Shown piece after piece: positions 47,744 to 55,427 of a stretch of DNA of 64,000 bases. Every line of letters starts with the position of its first letter. Position 1 is the stretch's first letter. The notes under the pieces are model-generated. The model saw only the letters and a list, made by a program, of their open reading frames with translations, did not search any database and was not told where the DNA came from. The position numbers and the translations under genes were made by a program. The stretch spans positions 6,421 through 70,420 of the forward strand of contig PWKY01000095.1 of assembly GCA_003560595.1 (NCBI GenBank), read 5' to 3'. The DNA is from Thermoplasmata archaeon (GTDB lineage Archaea > Thermoplasmatota > Thermoplasmata > Halarchaeoplasmatales > Halarchaeoplasmataceae).

Positions 47744-47972
47744 ATTTGAACCCCGATCAACGGGTTTCCTCCACGTGAAGAGCGACTTCACGCGTGTTGT
47801 CGGATTACGGGTCACCGCTCCAGTTATTCATCATCCCAGAGGGATCATAGATCCCACTTCACACCAGAATTTAAAAATTCAGGCGATCCGATGTAAACCG
47901 GTCAGCAAACCCAGTTGGCGATCATTCCACGTAACTGGAGCCCATGAGGATGCCGAGTTACCCTATACCCCC
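47731..47972 (-). tRNA. tRNA-Trp (CCA) with 169-nt intron at 37/38 (47766-47934)
   Basis: Acceptor GGGGGTA/TGCCCCC, anticodon stem ATGGG/CCCGT, T-arm CGGGG-TTCAAAT-CCCCG; bulge-helix-bulge geometry at the junctions. Confidence 0.93.
47812..47925 (-). ncRNA. Intron-encoded box C/D guide RNA in pre-tRNA-Trp
   Basis: C AUGAUCG (47925-19), D' CUGA (47905-02), C' AUGAUGA (47834-28), D GUGA (47815-12); guides complementary to the C34 and C39 regions. Confidence 0.85.
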
Positions 47973-48064
47973 TATGGGGATTGTGGATAGGAGTATTCCC
48001 TTTTTAGACTTTTTGGATAAGGACATTCCGAAAATTGATAAACCACCATCACTTTCCCTTCAGC

Positions 48065-48439
48065 ATGGTGAGGAAGAGACCCTTAGGTGTGATCCTCCTT
48101 GGTATCTATCTGATACTTTACGCACTTCTAGCTTTCAGTATGGCCCAAGGTTATCTAGCTAGAGGCGACTTCCCCCGGGCTCTTAAAGGATACGAACCGT
48201 TCTTGTGGGGGCTTGGATACTACGCCTTAGGTGTGATATACATATTCATAGCGGCAACTCGTTTGATAGCTGCAGTCGGCGTCCTCACTCTTAAACGTAG
48301 AGCCTGGAACACAGCTTTCATATTGATAACCATCGGCATGATAGTTGATATACTTCAGGGCCATGGGGTCCCACTTTTACTCGGAATAATCGCCCTTATT
48401 TACCTTATCATCGTTAAAGATAAGTTCAGGTATTCGTGA
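48065..48439 (+). CDS. Small integral membrane protein
   Basis: RPLGVILL..., four hydrophobic segments, KRRAW motif. Confidence 0.7.
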   Translation: MVRKRPLGVILLGIYLILYALLAFSMAQGYLARGDFPRALKGYEPFLWGLGYYALGVIYIFIAATRLIAAVGVLTLKRRAWNTAFILITIGMIVDILQGHGVPLLLGIIALIYLIIVKDKFRYS

Positions 48440-48442
48440 AAC

Positions 48443-49198
48443 TCATCTCAAAAGACCAACCGTGAGTGATGGCAATCCGTGTTTTATCGGCCTTCTAGAG
48501 GTTTCTGTTGTAAAGTCTCGATGCCATCGTTCATAGTAAACGAAGGCAGTGAGTGTTATAGTCGGGTAGATGAAGGAAAAATAGATAATCAGATTTTCCA
48601 GTACACCGCCGATATCCCGCAGCAGAGTGTAAAGCGTAAACAAAAATATCAGAAATGCTAGCACACCTCCTACAGATTTTAACCTGATGTTGACCTCGTG
48701 GCCCAGTGTGATCACTTCTTTACTATTTTCATCGATATAGTATAGCTTACTATCTGAGAGGATACGTATCGGGACTGTTATGGATACCAGAACCGGTGCG
48801 AACAACAATACAAGGAAAACCATCCCGCTGGACGGGTCGCCGGTATCGCTCAGTATCAACCCGATTATAGAGAATGCGATAACCGTTGGAAAGAAAGAAT
48901 CCGACAATGAGCGGTAGAAAACGTCCCACCTTTCGTAGGGGATCCCCTTTTTGTTTCTTAGTGCTACCACCTTTCTATCTCCTCCCGTCTTTCTCAACAA
49001 TCTCTTATGCATCTTTAGATACCAGAGTGTAAAAGTAGGAGTTAATCTCCCAACCAAGTACCAGGAGACGGATCCAGCAACGACTCCAACCATCATCAAA
49101 AAGAACAGCCCCGGCACTGTCGTGATTATCGCTAACGGTATCAAGAACACCATCAACAGGAGTATAAACCACAATTTTTTACCGATATTCCACCCCAT
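48443..49198 (-). CDS. Hypothetical multi-pass membrane protein
   Basis: 251-aa ORF with about 6 TM segments. Confidence 0.65.
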   Translation of the reverse strand: MGWNIGKKLWFILLLMVFLIPLAIITTVPGLFFLMMVGVVAGSVSWYLVGRLTPTFTLWYLKMHKRLLRKTGGDRKVVALRNKKGIPYERWDVFYRSLSDSFFPTVIAFSIIGLILSDTGDPSSGMVFLVLLFAPVLVSITVPIRILSDSKLYYIDENSKEVITLGHEVNIRLKSVGGVLAFLIFLFTLYTLLRDIGGVLENLIIYFSFIYPTITLTAFVYYERWHRDFTTETSRRPIKHGLPSLTVGLLR

Positions 49199-49582
49199 GC
49201 TCCTTCACACCTTATGACGTCTGACGAACATCGTTACCATCCATTTAACGTCGATACCTATAAAAAAGTTGGTGGAAAAAATCGACTTGAATTATAAGCT
49301 ATACTCGCAAATGGTTTTGATCATCGAACGGGAGGTTACTAGGGCCACATAAATATTATATCTACAGACAAACAATCCTCCTTTGTTTAGACACTTTATA
49401 TGTCTCTTTACTATACATGCTAAACTGCATGTGATATATCTATCCCGGATATATTTGATTTGAATAACTTAAGGAGATAAACGAATATATATATGTTAAA
49501 TGGTATATATCATTACTATTAGAAAACTTTATATCATCCGTTCTTCCTTTTAATCATAATAAACTTACACAGAGGGTAAAAT

Positions 49583-50779
49583 ATGAAAAGAAATACGAGG
49601 ATCATAGCTAGTTTGGTAGCAATAGCATTGCTTTGCTCAGTGCTAGTACCACTGACCGTTGAAGCGGAAGCAGGAGTTCCAGAGTGGGATAAAGGGGATA
49701 CATGGGCTATGCATTATGATGAAAGCATCAGCACTATGTTCGCACCGGGGCTAGATATGATAGATGTAGAGATGCTAGAAGATATAATGGACGAAGAAGG
49801 TGAGCTCGAAGATCTCGACATGGATATCAGCGGAAATCTCGAAGTCTCACTAGTGATGGAAGTTACGGAAGTAGGTGACGAAAATTACGTTGTAGATATT
49901 GATATAAACGCAGAAGCATCTGCCAACATCGATTTAGAGATCACGGGACAGATGCCGAAGGAAGGAACCACTGATCCCGACGATACTGAGTCTAGAACTA
50001 TAACAGCCATTGGTAGTGTGTCCTTCTCGATGGAGGTTGCTGGAGAACTAGTCTTCAGAAGATCTGACCTAGCACTTGTAAGTGCGAAATATGATATGGA
50101 TATGTCCGTCATCGGCTCTATCGAAGTGAACAACTTCATGGATATCGAAAAGGCTATGGAAGAAGAGATATTCGAGTACACGGACTACGAGTTCGGAATC
50201 GAGATCACCATGGAAGCAAACGTTGATGTCTCCTATGATCCACCTCTAGATATGTTCAACTTCCCGATGGAGGAAGGAAAATGGACTGCATCATCAACTG
50301 TTACCACTACTGGACAGAGTATAACGACTACGGATATCACAGGAATTCCAGATTCATTGAAAGAGATGATGGATATGGAAGAAATGCCCATCATAGAGGA
50401 AGAAACTATAGATGAGGTAGAAGAGATAGAGATGGATATTGAGAGCACTTCTGGTACCATGGTTTTAGATGACGGTGAGATAGTAGATGTCTACGTCCTA
50501 ACTGCAATAGAGGATGACTCATATGATGATGAGCCAGAATTCAAGATGTTCTACTCTCCGAAACACGGCAACATAATATCCGCAACTTTGTCTTTCGCTG
50601 ACACACCCATGGCAGAGTACATGACAGAGGATCAGATACAACTAATGCCTGTGGACCCATCCGAACTCGAAGACGACGACAACGGTATACCGTTTATCTC
50701 AACCCAGCTGATGCTTTTGTCCATTTTAGGTGCAGTTGTAATAACTACGCTATGGAAGAAGAACAAAGAGGGGTATTGA
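49583..50779 (+). CDS. Highly acidic secreted protein with C-terminal anchor (IPFIS variant)
   Basis: Signal peptide ending VEAEA; PEWDKGDTW N-terminus; tail DDDNGIPFISTQLMLLSILGAVVITTLWKK. Confidence 0.78.
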   Translation: MKRNTRIIASLVAIALLCSVLVPLTVEAEAGVPEWDKGDTWAMHYDESISTMFAPGLDMIDVEMLEDIMDEEGELEDLDMDISGNLEVSLVMEVTEVGDENYVVDIDINAEASANIDLEITGQMPKEGTTDPDDTESRTITAIGSVSFSMEVAGELVFRRSDLALVSAKYDMDMSVIGSIEVNNFMDIEKAMEEEIFEYTDYEFGIEITMEANVDVSYDPPLDMFNFPMEEGKWTASSTVTTTGQSITTTDITGIPDSLKEMMDMEEMPIIEEETIDEVEEIEMDIESTSGTMVLDDGEIVDVYVLTAIEDDSYDDEPEFKMFYSPKHGNIISATLSFADTPMAEYMTEDQIQLMPVDPSELEDDDNGIPFISTQLMLLSILGAVVITTLWKKNKEGY

Positions 50780-50794
50780 GGCCCCCTACCAAAC

Positions 50795-50810
50795 CCTTTT
50801 CTTTTTTATT
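50795..50810 (+). terminator. Oligo-T archaeal terminator candidate
   Basis: CCCTTTTCTTTTTTATT just after the stop at 50779. Confidence 0.45.
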
Positions 50811-50880
50811 ATGACAAAGCTTAAATTAAGGTTGTTTCATGAATCTATTAGAAAAATGACATCTGGAGAGGTACGGGTAC

Positions 50881-51747
50881 ATGGATCATGCTTTGTCCGT
50901 TAAGAACGTCTATAAATGTATTGGAGATTTCGAACTTTCAGATATCAACTTCGATATCAGACGTGGGGAGGTGATGTTATTAGGTGGAAAGAACGGATCT
51001 GGTAAAACAAAGCTGATGGAAACCATTTCATGCATTTCAACACCCTCGAAAGGTCGTATAAAATACTTCGACAACACGGTTTACGATGGTAAAATAAAAA
51101 AGAAGAACCTCAAACACGCAAACAGAAGGCTTGGAATACTCTTACAGGATGAGAGATTGTGGGACAGTTTAACCGTGCGAGAGACATTCGATACATTTTC
51201 GACACTCTACGGCACCGAAGATCCTGAGAGATATTATTCCAAGTGTCCACTGATCAAAGATGAATTGAATAAAAAAGTAGGTGTTTTATCTGACGGAAAA
51301 AAACAGCTCATCAAATTTCTATTGAGTATAGGTCATAACCCAGACATCATCTTCCTTGACGAACCTTCATCTTTCCTCGATGATCGAGTGAGAAGATGGA
51401 TACTAAATAAAATAAAGAGATTAAAGTCTGCAGGCACCTCTTTTTTGATAAGTATAAATCTACTTTGGGAGGTAGGTGAGATCGCAGATAGGATGATGAT
51501 AATCGAAGATGGGCAGATCAAGAACATAATCGATGATTTCCATGATTATTATAATGGCAACCTTTTAGTTTCTGATAACGTTCTAAATAATACCCCCGAT
51601 TGTTTATCAGTAGAACCAGGACACAATACCATCATTACAAAAGATGGGCTAGATATTGCTGTGCTCGGTATAGGAAAAGACGATCTTTTGGAAGTAAGAC
51701 GGCCTGCACTAGGTGACTTCTACAGAGTTAAGGGGAGAGATAGATGA
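50881..51747 (+). CDS. ABC transporter ATP-binding protein
   Basis: Walker A GKNGSGKT, signature-like LSDGKK, Walker B IIFLDEP. Confidence 0.85.
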   Translation: MDHALSVKNVYKCIGDFELSDINFDIRRGEVMLLGGKNGSGKTKLMETISCISTPSKGRIKYFDNTVYDGKIKKKNLKHANRRLGILLQDERLWDSLTVRETFDTFSTLYGTEDPERYYSKCPLIKDELNKKVGVLSDGKKQLIKFLLSIGHNPDIIFLDEPSSFLDDRVRRWILNKIKRLKSAGTSFLISINLLWEVGEIADRMMIIEDGQIKNIIDDFHDYYNGNLLVSDNVLNNTPDCLSVEPGHNTIITKDGLDIAVLGIGKDDLLEVRRPALGDFYRVKGRDR

Positions 51748-52856
51748 AAAGAACTCCCTTCAATGCATTTATGAAAGCCCAGGTAAAAAGACGTATCCGA
51801 AACAAGCGTTTTTTAGTTTGGGTGGTCATAATGCCTATCATACTGATGGGGTCTCTCCATCTGATATGGGAAGGTCAGGGAGTACAACCACATATCGTTG
51901 TTTTCAACCAGGACGACTCAAACATGTCTGTTGTTGCCCTTGGTATATTGAAATCACAGGAGGATTTAGAAGTTCATGAGGTGTTCTCACTAGAAACCGG
52001 GATCGATGAGCTGAGGAAAGGCGATGCAGAAGCCTTCGTCGTAATTCCCCGGGATTTTGGTGCTAAATGGGACCAGATCGGAGAAGATGATTTTGAATCA
52101 ATCGTTTTCGACGTGTACTACACAGCAGGTGAGCAGGAAGAGAAATTGATAAACCTTATCTTGAAAGGGGTGGTCGAAGATATAAATCGATTCGTCGAAG
52201 GTGATAAACAAAGGCCTGTCGAGATCAATTCTCGCAGACTCAGTCTTAACGGCGGCGCTACTTCGGATATGTTACTACCGGCAGGAATAATCATAATAAA
52301 CGTACATATCGGTGTTTATGCATCGAGTACGGATATATCTAGGGTGAAAGAACATAATCTATGTAAAAAAATCAAGGTAGGTCCAAAAGACCCTATCCAT
52401 CCGTTGATGGGTATGATAATCATCGATTCTGTATTCACAACTGTAGCTAGCATGATCGCGTTGATATCTGGGATGGTCCTGTTTGATTTGAGTATATCTT
52501 ATATCGCCTTGTTAGGTTCTATCTTATTGTTCTTCTTGTCTAGTATCTTATTCTCTATGATAGGTCATGTCATTGGAAAACACTCCGACGCTCAGACCTC
52601 TGCACAGAGTATAGCATCCATGGTGATCTTTCCTCTGATTTTCTTTTCCCAGGCCTTTTTGTTTTCTAGCATATTTCCTAGGTACGTCAGTAATATTGCT
52701 ACATATCTGCCAACGTATCCACTAACTGAAGGTATGAGGCAGCTTTACTTTTACCAAATCTCAATACTTGGATTCATGAGTCTATTATTCATATGTGCGC
52801 TATGGTTGCTGTTGTTCTTCCTGATAAGTTATCATCTAGAAAATAAAAGAAGGTAG
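51744..52856 (+). CDS. ABC-2 type exporter permease
   Basis: TM1, large external loop VVFNQDDS, five further TMs, YLPTYPLTEG. Confidence 0.85.
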   Translation: MKRTPFNAFMKAQVKRRIRNKRFLVWVVIMPIILMGSLHLIWEGQGVQPHIVVFNQDDSNMSVVALGILKSQEDLEVHEVFSLETGIDELRKGDAEAFVVIPRDFGAKWDQIGEDDFESIVFDVYYTAGEQEEKLINLILKGVVEDINRFVEGDKQRPVEINSRRLSLNGGATSDMLLPAGIIIINVHIGVYASSTDISRVKEHNLCKKIKVGPKDPIHPLMGMIIIDSVFTTVASMIALISGMVLFDLSISYIALLGSILLFFLSSILFSMIGHVIGKHSDAQTSAQSIASMVIFPLIFFSQAFLFSSIFPRYVSNIATYLPTYPLTEGMRQLYFYQISILGFMSLLFICALWLLLFFLISYHLENKRR

Positions 52857-52882
52857 ATGCGTCAAAATAATTCTATTCGATC

Positions 52883-53185
52883 TTACCGGCTCTGCGAGTA
52901 TTCATCTATCTTCTTTCTCAGTTTTTTGTACTCTTCGAAAAAAGACTCCCCAAGCTTATCGACTTCCTTTTTTAGGTCCTCCCATTCATCCTCATCTTCG
53001 ATATCCATAAGCTTATCCTTGGTAGCCTCCCATTTCGAACGTACTTCACCGATCCGCTCTTCATACATTACCTTTGCATCTGCGGTGGCCTTTCTAGCCT
53101 TGGCTTCTAACTTATCGATATCCGCCTTCCAAATATCAAGCTGTGCCTTCAATTTCTCTACATACGCGTCTTTTTTGTTCATCAT
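52883..53185 (-). CDS. Small coiled-coil protein (sll1863-like stress family)
   Basis: KDAYVEKLKAQLDIWKADIDKLEAKA...WEDLK; ATG 53185. Confidence 0.7.
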   Translation of the reverse strand: MMNKKDAYVEKLKAQLDIWKADIDKLEAKARKATADAKVMYEERIGEVRSKWEATKDKLMDIEDEDEWEDLKKEVDKLGESFFEEYKKLRKKIDEYSQSR

Positions 53186-53278
53186 CAACCTCCTTGTTTT
53201 AATATAACATATATGGAAAGGCGTATAAAAACTATGCCCTAACAAAAGATATTTCAATATCCCGAAACATGTTAAAAC

Positions 53279-53608
53279 ATGAATAAAGTGATTTTCCATC
53301 TACACGATAAGGATAATATAACTACAGCTTTCAGCAACATCAACAATCTGATCAAAGATATAGAGAAAGATCTCTCCATAGTACTCTTGATGAACGGTGA
53401 CGCAGTGAAAAACATGTGTGATGATAAGAATAAAAACAAGGTATCACACTTTCAAAAGAAAGGTGTTGACTTCAAGGTTTGTGGGAACAGTTTGAAGGCC
53501 TTCGATATAGATAAAACGGACCTTATATCAGACGTCTCCATCGTACCCGCTGGTGTGGGTGAACTGGTAAGAAAGCAAAACGAAGGATGGGCTTACATAA
53601 AGATCTAA
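53279..53608 (+). CDS. DsrE/DsrF-like protein
   Basis: KVIFH, NINNL, MNGDAV, VCGNSL, VPAGVGEL, GWAYIK. Confidence 0.85.
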   Translation: MNKVIFHLHDKDNITTAFSNINNLIKDIEKDLSIVLLMNGDAVKNMCDDKNKNKVSHFQKKGVDFKVCGNSLKAFDIDKTDLISDVSIVPAGVGELVRKQNEGWAYIKI

Positions 53609-53622
53609 AAAAACACCGGTAC

Positions 53623-54969
53623 TCATAGTGCAGCCACCTTTTCAACGTACTCTTCGATATCGAATTTTCTTTTTAGACCGTTGGCGTTCATATACCTCAC
53701 CTTACCGTAGATATTCCGCTCTTTCCAGGCCTGGTCGTGTTTACCAAAACACCACGCAACACCAGCGTATCCATTTGGATCTCGGCCATCGAGTTCGTAT
53801 TTGTTGTTGAGGTAGAGCGCTGTTTTGTAAGCCTCTTCCGGACGCTCGCTCCATTCAAGCATCTTCTTACCCCAATACATCCGCATGTATCCGTGCATCT
53901 TCCCTGTTTTCAGCATCTCTTTCTGAGCAGCGTTCCAGTAATCGTCATGGGTCTTTCCCTCTTCGAATTCTTTTCGTGAATACACGTATTCACGTTCATC
54001 CTCCATATGCTGCTCAAGAGTTTCAGAGGCCCATTCGGGCAAACAATTTATGTTGTCATGCTCGCTGTTGTAATAGACAAAGTTGAAAGCCAGTTCCCTA
54101 CGGATGATCAATTGTTCCAAATATTCATCGACACCGTATCCGCCCTTCTCTTTAACTTTAAGAGCTATGTAGATCGGTGATATCTGGCCGAAGTGTAGGT
54201 AGGGACTCATATTGGATAAACAGTCCTTAGACGGATCGTTACTGCAATCCGGATAATCGATCAGCTTGTTTTCGATGAAGTACTGCAGCTGCTTTTTTGC
54301 ATTCTCAGTACCACCTATACCCTGGGCAACAGGCTCAACACTATTGTCTATATCCAACCTACTGAGTATTTTATCTAGATCTATCTTGTCAAAACTAAGG
54401 TCCAGTGAAGGATGTTTAACCTCCCGTTCTTTCAGCGGGATAAGGTACTTTTCCAGCTGTTTATTGATCTTCGGCCTTATGGTCCTGGCTGCATACTCTT
54501 CCTTTGAAGAGGCCTCTTCTACGGGAACTACCAGGTCGGTTTCCACTTCCACCGATGGAACATCGAGCTTGTCCATCAGCTCAGTCCTCCATCCTCTGGT
54601 CTGAGGAAGATAAGGCTTATCCACGATCACCTCCGAAGCCTCATCGGAAAGTTCAGCTACGCAGCCAACCGGTTCCGAGTATCTTACAACCATTTCTATC
54701 CCCCGCTCTCTGAGAACTGTTTCAACCTCTCGTAAACCCTCTAACATGAAATGATAATGCCTTAAATTAGCGTTTTTGAAGTTATCCACCAAACAGAACA
54801 ATACAACGACTGGGATATCAAGTTCATTCCCCCTATCGATAGCATGCTCCAGGGCATGATTGTATTCAGCTCGTTGAGCTCGCTGCATCCAGTATAGTAC
54901 AAAATCTCCATCCTTTGGATCCTCATCGTTTAAAGGCTTCAAACGTTCCTCGGGTATGTCTTGTTTCAT
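53623..54969 (-). CDS. phrB: Class II CPD photolyase
   Basis: YWMQRAQRAEYNHAL, SPYLHFGQIS, MHGYMRMYWGKK, LDGRDPNGY. Confidence 0.95.
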   Translation of the reverse strand: MKQDIPEERLKPLNDEDPKDGDFVLYWMQRAQRAEYNHALEHAIDRGNELDIPVVVLFCLVDNFKNANLRHYHFMLEGLREVETVLRERGIEMVVRYSEPVGCVAELSDEASEVIVDKPYLPQTRGWRTELMDKLDVPSVEVETDLVVPVEEASSKEEYAARTIRPKINKQLEKYLIPLKEREVKHPSLDLSFDKIDLDKILSRLDIDNSVEPVAQGIGGTENAKKQLQYFIENKLIDYPDCSNDPSKDCLSNMSPYLHFGQISPIYIALKVKEKGGYGVDEYLEQLIIRRELAFNFVYYNSEHDNINCLPEWASETLEQHMEDEREYVYSRKEFEEGKTHDDYWNAAQKEMLKTGKMHGYMRMYWGKKMLEWSERPEEAYKTALYLNNKYELDGRDPNGYAGVAWCFGKHDQAWKERNIYGKVRYMNANGLKRKFDIEEYVEKVAAL

Positions 54970-55041
54970 CTTCCACTCACACCGTTCTCGATGAACATCT
55001 ATTCCATGGTTTAAAACATGTGTGCATCGAAAATCACTTTA

Positions 55042-55112
55042 AAAGCAAGTTTAGCGGACATCGTCAGAAAGCTACCGCTTTTTAACAGCACGCTAAAGCA
55101 AGTTTAGCGGAC
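55042..55112. repeat. 18-nt perfect direct repeat of the tRNA-Arg 3' end plus trailer
   Basis: AAAGCAAGTTTAGCGGAC at 55042-55059 and 55095-55112. Confidence 0.85.
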
Positions 55113-55182
55113 GCGACGGGATTCGAACCCGTGATATCTGGCTTAGAAGGCCAGCGCCATATCCAGGCTTGGCCACGCGCCC
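55108..55182 (-). tRNA. tRNA-Arg (TCT)
   Basis: Acceptor GGGCGCG/CGCGTCC, anticodon arm CTGGC-CTTCTAA-GCCAG, T-loop TTCGAAT. Confidence 0.97.
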
Positions 55183-55216
55183 AGGATGATCTGAAAGTGG
55201 TTTTATAGGACTGATT

Positions 55217-55321
55217 GAAGGCCATCGCCATATCCAGGCTTTATCAGAGAGCATCTATGGTCTCTGATGTGCGGGGAAGGTGTTTTCATCTTCCCGGCAA
55301 GGCCACGCGCCCAGGATGATC
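55217..55321 (-). repeat. Duplicated 5' half of tRNA-Arg (positions 1-35 plus 9-nt leader) interrupted by a 59-nt insert
   Basis: 55301-55321 identical to 55171-55191; 55217-55241 matches the tRNA with 1 mismatch; insert at 55242-55300. Confidence 0.85.
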
Positions 55322-55427
55322 AGTAACGACTTCATGCCAAGGTGGTAGTCTATCAGAACTTTATACTAGTATCTTGGCTTGTTTTAGACAGAGTTAAACA
55401 CCATACTTACTTCAATAAAGAATTTTC

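Noticed and set aside
47433-47990. Several 60-103 aa ORFs over the tRNA-Trp locus
   Set aside because: They overlap the tRNA and hairpin repeats and have no coding features.
49200-49582. Long AT-rich intergenic region as a possible origin or ncRNA
   Set aside because: No ORB-like repeats, no adjacent cdc6/orc1 and no convincing structure; it is compatible with divergent promoters.
55242-55300. Insert read as a box C/D sRNA or a canonical tRNA intron
   Set aside because: Only a weak C box (AUGAAAA) and one CUGA, no D'/C' pair, and no bulge-helix-bulge at the junctions.
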